A stretch of DNA of 64,000 nucleotides from Camelus dromedarius. Taxonomy: Eukaryota. Below the pieces are notes generated by a model. That model ran no database searches. It was given only the letters and a program-made list of their open reading frames with translations, and was not told where the DNA came from. The translations under genes and the position numbers were made by a program. Numbering within the stretch: the first letter of the stretch is position 1; each line of letters starts with the position of its first letter. The DNA lies in NCBI RefSeq assembly GCF_036321535.1, contig NC_087447.1, positions 49,788,001 to 49,852,000 on the forward strand, written 5' to 3'. Below are positions 25,046-38,875 of the stretch, piece after piece.

Positions 25046-27170
25046 TAGATGATCCTTCCCAGTTCTGCAGCTCTGTAATCCTGGTTATGGAATGTTTGTC
25101 CTCTGGAGATGTGTTATACTCTTGTGACTTTTATCACCTCTGTTTAGATAGATGAATTCTAAATCTGTCCCTTTACTTCAGATTAGAAATGCCTAAACCA
25201 ATTTGTCATCTTATACTGATAACCACATCCCTTTCTTGACATCCCTATTTTTGTTAATACTTTGTATTTATAAAGTACTTTACAATTTTTCAGAGAGCTT
25301 TTATGTCCATTATTTCATTTGATCCTTAAAATAACCCACAAAGGTAAGCATGCAGGAAGTATCTCCATTTTATGGAAGAGGAAACAGACTCAGAGAAAGT
25401 AAGTGATTTGCCCACTAGTGAGTGGTTAGAACCACCCTGGAGTTCAGGATTTTGACTCTAGTTAAAACTTGAGTCTGTTAAAACTGTGTCACACTGCTTC
25501 TGGTAATGGCTATCACAGATACCTGTGCTTAAAGGTTGGTTGTCATCTCTGTTTTTTAAAAAAGATAAATTTAATTTTATTTTAAAAAATAGATAATCAT
25601 GTGGATCACAGTTCAAAGGTAATTCAAAGAGGATGCAATGAAGAGTCCCCATACCACTCTGTGCCCCAAATACCCATTTTCCCTTCCCTTGGGCAACTAG
25701 TGTTATATTTTATGCATCTTACATAATTATATTCTTTTTCCCTATGAACACAAATAATAACTTGTTAAACATACTGTATAAATCGTTTTGTACTATTTTT
25801 TTTGAAAATGAATAGTCTATCTTGATATCTTCCATATCAGTGCTGAAAAAGCTGCCACGTGATTTATTCTTCATGGCCCCATAGCATTCCGCTGCAGGAT
25901 ATACGTATTGTAATTTAGCTAGTCCCCTATGGTTGAATATTTAACTTATTTCCAGTTTTTGCTAATGTAAACCATAGTGTATTACATATGTCATATTGCG
26001 TATCTGCAGGTGTATTTTTAACACAAATGCAGAAGTGGAATTGCTGGGTCAGAAAATATATGCATCTGTGATTTTGGTAGATAGTGCCAGGTTGCCATGT
26101 TAGAGGTTTTACCAATTACACATTTTTCAGCAAAGTGTCTGTTTTCCCAATGCCTTGCCTCTGAATATGTTATCAGACTGTGTGGTCTGTGCCAATTTTA
26201 ATGTAGTTTTAATTCGCATTTCTCTTATGAATGAGGCTGAGAATCTTATTGAAGCGCTATTTGTATTTTCTGTGAATTATCCATTAACATTCTTTGCCAG
26301 TTTTTCTATTGTGTTGTTGGACTTTTTTGTTACTGACTTCCATGAACTCTTTATGCTTTAGTGAAATTGTCTTTGTTATGTGAATTAAAATTTTTTTCTT
26401 AGGTTTTTTTCCCTTTGACTTTGCATATGATAGTTTTTGCCATGCATTATTTAAAAACATTTTATATGGTTAATTCTGTTGATTTTTTTTTTCTTTTTAT
26501 AGCTTCTGAGTTTTATGTCATTCTTATACCTTTGAGGTTTTAAAAAAATTCTTTGTAGTTTCTTTGGTACTTTTATACTTCAGTTATTTACATCTGAATA
26601 TTTTTAAGCTACTGGAATTTGATATAAAGTATAGGGTATGTTTCCTATATATATACGCATGTTTCTTTTCTTTCCTTCCCTTTCCCTTTCCTGATAGCTC
26701 TATTGCTCTAACACCTTTATTGATTAGTTCTTATTTCCCTAGGGGGCCCTTTAACTCCTTCAATTCTTTTATTAATCTTCTCTTCATTCTCAATCATATC
26801 CATTATCTAATTAGTCTCCCCATTAAGCCCATTTTTGTCTTTAGGTTCCTATGTAGTCTTATCCTTTCTTTCTGTTCTTATTGATATTACTTTAAAACCT
26901 TTTTTATTGTGGATGTTTCAATGAATAATGAAACATACATGTGTATATTTCTGTGACTAAATATTACGCTTAATAACTGTCACCTCCTGGTAGATCTTGT
27001 TTTATCCATACACCTAACTACTTGTCCTCCCTCCTTCACCCAGTTATTTTGAAGCAAAGTACAGGCATGATGTTACTCTTAACACTTGGACTCCTGAAGC
27101 TGTCTTCTGTCTTCCAGTTTTTATCCTCCAGGTCATCCTGTGTAATTCTGTGTCTCTCTTTTTTGGTCTT

Positions 27171-28452
27171 TTTTTTTTTTTTAATTGAGTTATAGTCATT
27201 TTACAATGTTGTGTCAAATTCCAGTGTAGAGCACAATTTTCAGTTATACATGAACATTATATATATTCATGGTCACATTTTTTTTTCGCTGTGAGCTACC
27301 ACAAGATCTTGTATATATTTCCCTGTGCTATACAGTATAATCTTGTTTATCTATTCTGCATATGCCTGTCAGTATCTACAGATTTTGAAATCCCAGTCTG
27401 TCACTTCCCACCCCCCGCCCCCTTGGCAACCACAAGTTTGTATTCTATGTCTGTGAGTCTGTTTCTATTTTGTATTTATGTTCATTTTTTTTTTAAGATT
27501 CCACATATGAATGATCTCATATCGTATTTTTCTTTCTCTTTTTGGCTTACTTCACTTAGAATGACATTCTCCAGGGGCATCCGTGTTGCTGCAAATGGCG
27601 TTATGTTGTCAGTTTTTATGGCTGAATAGTATTCTATTGTATAAATATATCACATCTTCTTTATCCAGTCGTCTGTTGATGGACATTCAGGCTGTTTCCA
27701 TGTCTTAGCTATTGTAAATAGTGCTGCTATGAACATTGGGGTGCAGGTGTGTTTTTGAAGTAGGGTTCCTTCTGGATATATGCCCAGGAGTGGGATTCCT
27801 GGGTCCTATGGTAAGTCTATTCCTAGTCTTTTGAGGAATCTCCATATTGTTTTCCACAGTGGCTGCACCAAACTGCATTCCCACCAGCAGTGTAGGAGGA
27901 TTCCCTTTTCTCCACAGCCTCTCCAGCATTTGTCATTTGTGGACTTTTGAAAGATGGCCATTCTGACTGGTGTGAGGTGATACCTTATTGTAGTTTTGAT
28001 TTGCATTTCTCTGATGATTAGTGATATTGAGCATTTTTCCATGTGCCTGTTGATCATTGGCATTTCTTCCTTGGAGAATTGCTTGTTTAGATCTTCTGCC
28101 CATTTTTGGATTGGGTTGTTTATTTTTTTCTTATTGAGTCATATGAGCTGCTTATATATTCTGGAGATCAAGCCTTTGTCGGTTTCATCATTTGCAAAAA
28201 TTTTCTCCCATTCTGTAGGCTGTCATTTTGTTTTACTTATGGTTTCCTTTTCTGTGCAGAAGCTTTTAAATTTAATTAGGTCCCATTAGTTTATTTTTGC
28301 TTTTATTTCTGTTGCTTGGGTAGACTGCCCTAGGAAGAACATTTTTTGAGATGTGTGTGAGATAATGTTTTGCCTATATTTTCTTCTAGGAGGTTTATTG
28401 TATCTTGTCTTATATTTAAGTCTTTGATTCATTTTGTGTATGGCGTAAGGGA
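27171..28452 (-). mobile_element. Relatively young 5'-truncated L1 (~1.28 kb), lineage-specific
   Basis: Poly-T tail at 27171; ORF2 C-terminal Cys-rich region readable ([53 protein letters not shown]); 14-bp TSD TCTT(T/C)TTTGGTCTT (27157-27170 / 28453-28466). Confidence 0.92.
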
Positions 28453-29647
28453 TCTTCTTTGGTCTTAACATTTCTAAAATAATAGTTCTTTAATAAATGC
28501 TCATTGAAAGTATACGCTGGTTATTTTTACCTCAGATTGGCTTTTTCGTGTGTACAAACTCCAGTTCTTTAGTTAGATCATCTACTCTGAAACTGGAGAA
28601 TGCCACGTTTGTATCCTCACAGTTACTAGCTTATTCTGTAAAGGAAATAACAGCAGGTGAAATAGAAGAAAAGGGGAACAAGAGAGGGAGAATGAGAGAC
28701 ATACACGGAGAACAGTACTGTATCTGTCACTACGAAGGCCTGTTTCTTAGAGCAGCACTCCCCAGAGGAATCATGGGGGGAAAGGGCAAGTTTGGACTTT
28801 CTCCCAGTATTGGGGCTGAATAGGGTGGAGATTAAAACAAACAAACCTGGAGTCAAAATGTATAAGAAATGTAGAAAGTTCAGAGATAATTTTGTCTTAT
28901 CTTGTGGAGACGAATGTTTGTGCTTAGTTAATGACTGAATTAAATTCTGGGACTGATTTGAACTTGGGTGAGAGCAGAGTTAATGTCAGAATGAGGGCTT
29001 TGGTTCCAAGGTTGTGTAATTTGCACCAGAGAAAGTTCTCAATTAGGAACTGGAGCTATAAAGTATTTTATGAGAGATTAGAGTTGGTGGTTTGTATGTT
29101 TAAATCTGTAACTGACTGTTGGCACCGTTTGCTTTCTATCCGCTAGCACCAAGCGCTGGTTTTAAAGCATTTTTGTGTTCTTTCAAAACTTTTCACAGTG
29201 AGTCTTTCAGGTAGGATCAAAAGATTAGAAAAAATGGTTAAGTGATTGAGAGTGCTATAATATATAAGGGGCTTTTGTATTTTTAAAAAAGACTGACCTA
29301 ATTTACCAAGCTTAAATTCTTGATTTGGTAATTCAGCATTTTTATACAGAGGAAAATTACATAACCATTACAAAAACAATTCTGTGGAATTGTGGAAAAC
29401 TCATTTTCTCCCAGGTTTTCTTTTGTCGCTCCTCAAAAAGGTATACCAAAGTAGCTGTAATCTGAGTTAAGCTAGGCCTTAATTCTTCCAGGCCATTTAG
29501 CCTGGTTCCAGGCTGAGAGTAAATGCCTGACTTGAGAAAGAAATCAGTTGAAAACAGGAATAGGGAAAGGCGTTCAGAACAAGTTTTACTACATTGCTAA
29601 ACAAATGCTACTTTTAAAACGATCTCATAATTCAGTGATTATGTACA

Positions 29648-29838
29648 CTGGGGGTCAGCAAACTGTGGCCAGTGGTCACTGGTTTTGTAACAATTGATAA
29701 AATAAGAAAGGTTTTTACATGGTTAAAGGATTCTAAACAAACAAATAAAAACCCAAAGAATTTGCAGACACTGAATGTACTGATAAGCTTAAAATACTTA
29801 CTTTCTGATCCTTTTAGAACAAGTTGACCAACCTTTGA
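29648..29838. mobile_element. MER58-like hAT-Charlie element
   Basis: Ends 'ctgggggtcagcaaact' and 'agttgaccaacctttg'; internal 'aagcttaaaatacttactttctgatcctttt'. Confidence 0.65.
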
Positions 29839-30189
29839 TCTACATCATTCAGGGTGTACAATAATGTTTATTTATGTGGACATTCAAAATTTCTTGCTCT
29901 TATGTTTGTGTTGCATATGAGCACTTTGTTTTTGTAATGGTTATGTAATTTTCCCCTGTATGAATATACCGCAATTAAGAGTAGTTACTCAGTTTTTGTT
30001 TTTAGAGCCAGTATTTGCACACATTTTTGTGAGTTGTGGAATTGCTTGGTCAAATATCACATGCAATTAAAAATTTGGTAATTGTTGCTAAATTGCCCTC
30101 CCTCCAAAATGGATCATTTTATATTTTCCCAGACATTGTTTTCCTACTAGTGTCAACTCTGGCAGAGACTAAAATAATCTGTTTAATCA

Positions 30190-30675
30190 GATAGGTCTCT
30201 TTGTTTTTTATTGCTGAGGAACAAAAAATTTAGTGGCTTTAAACAACATCATCATTTATTTTGCTCATGAATATGCAGTTTGGTTCAGCTTGGTGGGAAC
30301 CATCTATGTGTCCGTTACTTGATGTCATTTCTGGCCTCTCAAAGGCTTATGTGTCTGGTAATAGCTGGGCTTTCTCAGCTGGGTCTGAGGAGAAAATGTA
30401 CACAGTCTTTTCCATGTGGCTGCTCGGCATCCTCACAGGAGGGTGACTGGAGTCTAAGGAAGAGCATCCTATAAAGAGGACCAGGTAATTTTATGACTTA
30501 GCTTCAGAAGTCACATGGCATCATTTCTGCCATGGTCACAGACCTGCCCTCATTTAAGGCGGAGGGAACATAGACCCCACTTTGTAGTGGGGGAGTGGCA
30601 ACATCACAGTGAAGGAGAGCATGTGGGGTGGGATGTATTGGTGCTGCCATTCCTTGGGAACTAGGATCTACCGCA
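30190..30675 (-). mobile_element. MLT1-type MaLR LTR
   Basis: 'aatttagtggctttaaacaaca..atttattttgctcatgaat', 'agcttcagaagtcacatggcatcatttctgcca'. Confidence 0.7.
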
Positions 30676-33600
30676 AGGTGAAATGTTTGCTTTGGTGTGC
30701 AGATCTTTAATTATGAGTATGATTATACATCTTTTCATATATTTATTGACCATTTCCATTTCTTTTTCTGTGGCTGGCCTTTTTATATCCTTTGCTCCCT
30801 TTTTAATTGGACTATAGATTATTAGCTATATTATTGATTTGTAATAGCTCTTGTAGACTAAACAAATTAGACTCAAATTTGTTTGAAGATACCTCACTGG
30901 TATCAAACTGGTAGAACTGGTCTTGGGAGTCAAAAGGTGTGTGTGGGTTGGTAGTTTAGTTTGGTGATGGTGAGGATATATGGAGTAATTATATTTAAGA
31001 ACCACAGTACTCTTGTTTTTTAAGCAAGGGGTATAGGGAAGGGAGGGTGGATGAAACCATTTCCTCCTCCTTCTGTTGGCCATCAGCCTCCCTGAATCAC
31101 TCACCAGCAGTGATGAGTAACAAGATCAAAGACACCATCTATCTCGTTGGTCATTATTATACCTCAGAAGCCAGAAAATTTTAGAAGCTGGCAAGAAAAA
31201 TGTAACATTTGGGAGGAATATAGAACCCTAATGGTGTACTTTACCACTGAAAATTGCTTTGGATTTCTTTTTGGGGGTTTTCATTTTGAAGTGTGTTTTG
31301 ACTTACTATCACTTAGGTTGTAGTTCAAAATTATATCAACAAAATGGATTGACCCAACAGAAATGATCATTTTCTGAAAATGATACTCAACAAAATGAAA
31401 CATTTCTTTGTACTTTGCCAGTAAATTAGAATGTTATCCTCATCTGTTAACCTGGTATGGGATGAATTCTTAATAAACAGTACAATTAAGTCTTCTCCTA
31501 GTTGTAATCTTTGACAGATTTATAGGGACTGGGCTGGTGTTTGTCATTGTAGTTCTCATTTTAGGTATGATTTGATCCAGAGACTTAAATTCTCTCTGCA
31601 GGACTTTCTAAAAAATTATATATGTATTTTTGAAGTATAGTTGATTTACAATATTAATTTCAGATGTACAGCATAGTTATTCAGTATTTTTACAGATTAT
31701 ATTCCAATAATAGTTATTACAAGCTAATATCTATAATTACCTGTGATATACAATGTATCCTCCTTGCTTATCTGTATTATACATAGTAATTTGTATTTCA
31801 TAATCCCATACCTCCATCTTGCTCCACATCTCTTGACTCTGCTCTCTTACTTGCCGGTTTCATTCTTAGGTTTTGCTGTGATAGAAAGATGGCTGCCGGC
31901 ATCTCTAGCCCCGTGTCCTTCCAAGTTCTAGACTAGTAGGGAAAAAAATGGGACTATCAACAATTTAATACAACTGGGTCTTCCATGGACCCTACTCTGT
32001 CAGAGAGATGGAATGTGCTGTTTGGCTTGGCCTGATCTGGGTCACATGAATATCCTTGGAGGTGGAGGTGGAGGTGGAGTTAACTCTGCAGGAAATAAAT
32101 GGATTGATAGTAGGGGAGGGAGGTTCTGCAAAGGAGTAGCTGAGGTTTGTTGTTCTGTATTTTTTTTAAACCAAATAGATGCTGGGCAGGACAAAACAAA
32201 AAATACCAAAACAAAACAAAAATTTTTCTTTAATCTACTGTTATGTTTTAAAGCAGCATATCTAAGAGCATTAACAAAAAACTCCAACCATTTTAGGTTT
32301 TTTTAGAGGCACCAGTTTATAATCATACTAATGAGAAATTCTTTTTTACTTAAGCAAATGTTTCAAATGTACAGTGCATGCCAACTAAGTCTTTTTTTAG
32401 AATTTATACTTGAGAGGTTTGTAAAAAAAAAAAGTTAAGGAATTTAAGATCATAATGGTCTTTTGCTCACTGCCAACATTTCAGAGAGCAGAGTTGTGTT
32501 CTAGTTAGCATCTATCAATCCTCCAAATCAAAGCTGAATAGGAGGTTTTAATTTTGTTAGTGAATGTTTTAAAATGTTTTATATAGAATGTTTTATAGGT
32601 ATGGTTTCAAAGATATTAAAGCCATGTTAATTCCAACTTAAAAATTAAAATCTTTTCAGCTTTAGTTTGGGGGATTGGTGTTTCTGGAGCTCAGTGTGGC
32701 TGCCAGAAAAAAGATACGGAAAGAGCATTTTATAATCATGAAAGCTTAGAGCACTTGAGAAAGTTTAAGGAGATTGATGGTAAAGAAGCTGCATGGAATG
32801 TTAGCTTTAAGAGTAATTTCAAAGTCTGTGTAAATTTTAATTACTTGATATTTTTACTCCTCTGAGATATTTGAGCCAATTTGGATCATAAGACAGATTT
32901 GAAGTTAACTCTCTTTAGATGGGCCACTCAAGAGATAATCTGAAGTTTACTTCTGTTTAAACAAGATCTAAAGCAGTGTGTTTATGCTAGATGGTTCCAG
33001 CAGGCCAGGAACTGCCACTGGGTTGTACACTCTGGGACAGTTGAAGGTAGGTGAGTCCTGACGCACTGCTGAGACTTGTCTCCACTTTTAGTTGTTAGGT
33101 CCATTCTTAGGTTTGAAGTACTCTGTGTTCTCCTTCTATCTGGTGGGTGGGTGTCAGAATCCACTAAGGGTCCAGGTCTCTCAGGTTCATTGCAAGGCCT
33201 AGGTCATACTAAGACCTTCTTGACTGGGTCAGTTCACTGGAGATTTATTAGTCCAATCAAAAACATCTGTTGTGTGCCTGCTGTTGCTAGGTATTCATCT
33301 AGATGCTGGAGATACAACAGTAAATAAAGTCTCTTTCCTTACGGAACTTATATTCTAGTTGGGGAAGATAGGTAAATACCTGGAACTCTCCATAATTTCA
33401 TGTTAGGTATAATTACACGTTGTTTTGGTCAAGTATCGATTTTCTGGGGAACTGAGAACCAGAGAGGATCCTGTAGGTCACCTTGATTTCTTTAACATTT
33501 CCTTGGATCATAGGGTAATAATTTGGGCAAAGGTGGGTGATACCATAAGGAGTGATATTATGGTACAGAAGTCAAAACCACGTAAACAAGTGTTAGGAAA

Positions 33601-35063
33601 GTCTTGCTTTTATCTCTGTTCCCTCCAACCTGTTCTCACACCCATAGATAATAATTTTTCTGAGTTTCTGGTTTAACCTTCTGGTGTTTCTTTTTAACTG
33701 CATGATATCTTGGGGGAACGGGAGGAAGAAAGGAGATGGGAGACTGAAGGAAGGAGGTGAATGGGTGGGAATGGAAGAGAGGAGTTCTATTTAAGTAATG
33801 CTTGTGAAATGTTGTTCTACTGGCACTTTTTGTCCCACTTTCCCTCCTGCTAACTCTGAAAAAGGCAGTACATAAGTTTTTGAAAAATAAACTTTTTATT
33901 TTGGAGTAATTTTAGATTTACAAAGAAAAGTTGCAAAGATAATACAGAGAATTCCCTTCATGCAGTTTCCTCTAAGATTAACATCTTACATTACCATTTT
34001 CATTTGTCAAAACTAAAAAACAACGTTGGCTTATTATTATTAAACTTCATTTTATTACAGTTTGGTATTTAAAAAAAAAGCAATGAGCAGCTTTATGATA
34101 AAATTGGAATGAATATTTTAAAGAAGAAGCCAAGACAAAGGGCACAAGAGGGCTCCCGTGCACACTTACTGCCCTTCACCTAGATTATATCCGTAATTTA
34201 CCCAGAGTTGATTTCCTTTATCTGTTCTAGCTTCTGGAGCACCTTGTATTTTAATTAAGCATGGTGTAGTGAAAATACTTATCCTAGTGCTTTTGCAATA
34301 AATAAAATAAGGGAAAAGGCAAAAAATCAGTGCTCTAAATATAGTTGGTTAATTTGTGGAGGAATTTTTGTTTTTTTTTTTGTAAACCTTCTTATAAAAT
34401 GCCTGATATGGCCAGTTCTGTTTTATACACATCAGTGGAGGGAAGCATAGAGATAATGATACATTGGAAATCCACCCAGGTGAGTGTTTGTAGACTCCAC
34501 TGCTGATTTTAGCATCCTAGAGCTTGGAGTCTGAAGGTGCCTTGAGGTGCTTGTGTTAACTTCCTATATAATATAAAGATCTCTCCAGCAATATTCGTGC
34601 ATCCATTACAGATTCAGTTTCTATCCAAGCCCTGCATACTGCTTTGTAAGGCAGTCAGTTCCATTATCATTGTATTTGTCATAAAATTATTCTCTTGAGT
34701 TGAAGGATAGATCATTGTTCTGTCCACTGTAGTGACAGAGGAGTATAAAGACCTAATTGTGTCTATTAGGTATATACAGATACAAGAGATACAGGTATAT
34801 ATCTGTGTATCTGTATAGATGTTCTATATCTGTATCTACATTTGCTTGCTTTTCAAGAATATTTAATATCTTTTTATTTCATGCTGTCAACAACCTTGTA
34901 AATGAGATAGGGCAGGAATAATTCCTGTTTGACAGAAGAGATGCTGAAGTATAAAGTGCCTGGGTTAAGGTTGCTGGCTTAATAAATAAATGACTGGGAC
35001 AACTTACTGTATTTCATTTTTGAATTGTAACTTTCAGAAAGTTTTATAGGAGGAAAAAACTGA

Positions 35064-35273
<210 letters not shown>

Positions 35274-36319
35274 TAAGTGATTCTCAGTGCCTCTTGCTGT
35301 TTTTACTTACTAGAAAGCTAAATTGTCATGCTATCTGAAAATATTTCATGAGCAGTTGTTATATGTTGAAGAAACATGGCTTTTAGGTAGTTCTTTCAGA
35401 TAACTGAGCCTTACATTGATTAATTTATCATTCCTATGGAATGTTAACAATATTTTTATTCCAGTAGCTATCAGTTAAAATAGATTCCAGTATCCAGTAC
35501 TAATTTGCTTTTCTTTAAAATGTAATTGATTCTTTTAATATTATGGTAAAATTGAGACCTAGTTCATATCTTTTTATATCTGTATGTGTATATGAGGTCA
35601 TTTTTAGAAGAATGGCATGGTTTCTTTGAATTCAGTTCTACATGTTGAAATGTGGATTTTTCCGTAAATAATTCTGAGAGAAGGTCAGATATTTGATTCA
35701 AAATCGCAAGTATCTTTGAATACATACTGGACGAAAGGCACTTTGATATAATCAATTGACCTATGTTGGACAGTCTAAGAGAGGAAGCATGGTATAATGA
35801 CAGTAATGTGTGATTTTTGGACAAGGATCATGGCTTTTTGAACCTCACTTTTCCCATTTGTCAAGTGGAGATAATGAGATCTTAAGAAATTAAGCAAGGG
35901 AGATTCTTCTGAGAATCAGCTGAGATGAGGTGATAACACTTGGTAAGATGTGATTAAAGTTCTATTTATATTAACCAAAGGAGGCATTATTTTAAAAAGA
36001 GGTACTAAGGACTTATTTGAATTTTATCCTGTGGCAAAGATGAAAAATTCAAATGACGTTTTATCTTTTTAATTACTTTTAAAAACTGTTATTAAAGCAG
36101 TAGTTGTTTAACAACTTTTTTTCTTTTTTAAACTTCAGTACCAGTATGTGTTAATTGAAAAATTCAGTCAGGAATTACATAGAGTAGAAACCACCCCCAC
36201 CAATGCAAATAGCATTAAAATAGTTTTAAGGGTGAAAAAAGGACTGAATTCCACCATTTTAACATAATTTTATTTCATTCTTACTGTTCGTTCTAACTAT
36301 TGCATATTTTAAAAACAAT

Positions 36320-36690
36320 TGTATTAATCTGAATGATTAATGCTAGCTACTATAACAAATACCATAAATCTTAGTGACTTAACATAATAAATTTCTTGAA
36401 CATTAAGTTTGGTGTAGGTGTTCTTTATCAGATACTGTCTTGGCAGCTACTCTAAGTGATGACTCAGGTATCCAGATTCCTGTTTTGGAGTGCTCCTTCT
36501 GGCAGGGTAAGAGAGAGGCATTATTTGAGGGAGACTTTCTTTTAATGGAAATAGTCCACATCAATTTCATCAGATTCCATTAGCCATGTATCAGTTGCAT
36601 TGGGTTGTCATTTTTAGATGAAAAGGGAACTGAGAAATGTCTTCCTGTGTCAAGAAGGGAAATGGAACAGTTTGGTTGCTATTTGTCCCA
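36320..36690 (-). mobile_element. Old MLT1 (J/K/L-like) LTR
   Basis: 'gctagctactataacaaata..aaatcttagtgacttaacataataaattt'. Confidence 0.55.
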
Positions 36691-37879
36691 AGAGTATAAG
36701 CATTTTTGTACATCTTACTACGTTTTGTCTGCTGCTCACTAATTGGTTTTATTACATATATTATAGCAATATATGACGATGCCAGAGTACTTTATATTTT
36801 TGATAGATTTCTATGTCATCAGTCCTTGATTATCTTCATTAGAACTTCTGTGTTCTTGCTCCAGTGTTGTCTCTGACAATAGTAACTAACATTGAACTTG
36901 GTATGTAATTGGTAAATGGTAGCAATTATTATTAGAATTGTAATGTTAACAATCATAATAGTATCTTATAAAAAGAGAATAGTCGTGGGACTGGTTGATG
37001 ATCATGATGCAAAAACTTGTCTGAGAGATGATGAAAGCAGTGATTTTTTTTTTCTTTTGGTCTTCTTTTAGCTCAGTTTGTATCTTGAGCTTAGAAATTA
37101 TTATAGACTTCTTGTTTGCTTCTTGATGTTATCTCAATAAGATGATCACTAACACAATTAAGGAATAGCTGGTTTCAGACCACAGGAAGTCCAGTGTCTG
37201 CTACTGGTATTGAGTCTGTCACTAACTGCCAAGCCCTTTGCTACAGCAGTTAGTCCCTCTTGTGTGCTTTTAGTTAATTTATCTTTTAAATTAGAGGGTT
37301 GATGATTTCTGAGACTTTCTCCTGCTCCAAAATGTCATGGTTGAATGCAGTCTACTCAGGTCTTCTTATTGGACCCACAGGTTTCCTTAGTGCACCTAGT
37401 TAATACCACCTTATCCTATGGGCCCATTATGACAAACATGAATGTTCGTTGCATGATCATTAATTATGTGGCCCTTGGTGTAGGATGACCATGATAGAAG
37501 GCCAGTTGGCTCTTCTCAAAACTACCTGTACTACCTGTCTAGTGGCACCAATTCTTAGTTTCAAAAGAAAGTTTTTTTTATTGGAAGAATATCTGAAATG
37601 CTGATTTCTAAGATATTCTTTTATTTTAGCTGAAATCACAGCAGATCATAGAAAGTATGTGTGAGATTTTTTGATTTTTGACATTTTTTAGTTCTCTTAG
37701 GAGAGTCTGTTTTTCAGGTATTTCAAATCAAACACCATTTATTACATTCCCAGGGAACAAAGCCTTGTGTTAATGAATGAGGAGCGAGGTTCCAATCCTG
37801 GTTCCCACTTAAACTTGGAATTTTTATAAAATCAAGTTTGTTCTTCAGCCATAGTTATTTTCCCACTCGTGCCTGTCCT

Positions 37880-38875
37880 TTCCTGGGATGCCAACCAGCT
37901 ATTTTGAACCCATCAGAAGATGACCTCTGTATAATCCAATTTGATGATCTCATGCAAGTCTTGAAGTTTGAAATACCACTTGTCACTCTAATAACTTGAA
38001 AATACATAGCTTGGACGTCCCCCCTGACCTCATACCCTGTATTCAGTTGCCTGCTCTCCATCTCCATTTTGAGTCTAGTAGGTAACTTAAACTTGGTATA
38101 TTCCACACTGAATTTCTGATATTCCAGCTCTAAACCACCTCCTGTATTCTTCCTTCTGTCAGAAAATGGCAACTCCATCCTTCCATTTTCTCATCCAAAA
38201 ACCTTAGAATCATCTTGGGTTGTCCTCTTATATATTCCACATCCAGTCTTCCAGCAAATACTTTTGGTTCTTACTGTCAGAGTATATCCATAATCTGCTC
38301 ACTCTTACTACCTCCAAACCACTATCATATCTTACTAGAGCTATTGAAGTCGACTTCTAACAGATCTGCCTGCCCATGCACCCTCTTCAGTGTGTTCTCT
38401 CTGAGATCCTATTAAAATGACAGTGAGGTCATGTTATTTCTCTCCTCAAAACCCTCCAGCAGCTCCCCTTTTCATTCAGAGTAAAAGCTGCAGTTCTTGG
38501 TTTCCTTGGCCTTCTGTGACCTGGCTCTGACCTCTCTGAGCTCATCTCCTCCTACTCTGGTTCACTCTGTCCCAGCCCCACTGACCTTCATGCTGTTCCT
38601 CGAATACATCATGTTTACTTTAGTTTGAAGGCCTCTGCACTGGCTGTTCTTTGGCCTGGGTGCTCCTTCCTCCTGATAGCCACAAGACTAATTCCTCTGC
38701 CTGCTTTATTTTTCTCCACAGTACCTCAGATCATCTTATGTACTATATGTTTAATTATTTGGTTAATGCAGGTCTCTCTCCACTAGAGTGTAAGCTCTAT
38801 ATGGGCAGAGATTTTTAGATCATCATTGTTCACTGCATTATCCCCAGTAGTTGGAACAATGCTTGGCACAAAGTA
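37880..38875 (+). mobile_element. L2 LINE 3' portion
   Basis: 'ttccttctgtcagaaaatggcaactccatcctt', 'aaaaccctccagcagctcccc', 'cactagagtgtaagctctat..gggcagaga', 'tgcttggcacaaagta'. Confidence 0.8.

Noticed and set aside
27705..28471. ORFs with recognisable protein motifs
   Set aside because: Frameshifted L1 ORF2 remnants, not host genes.
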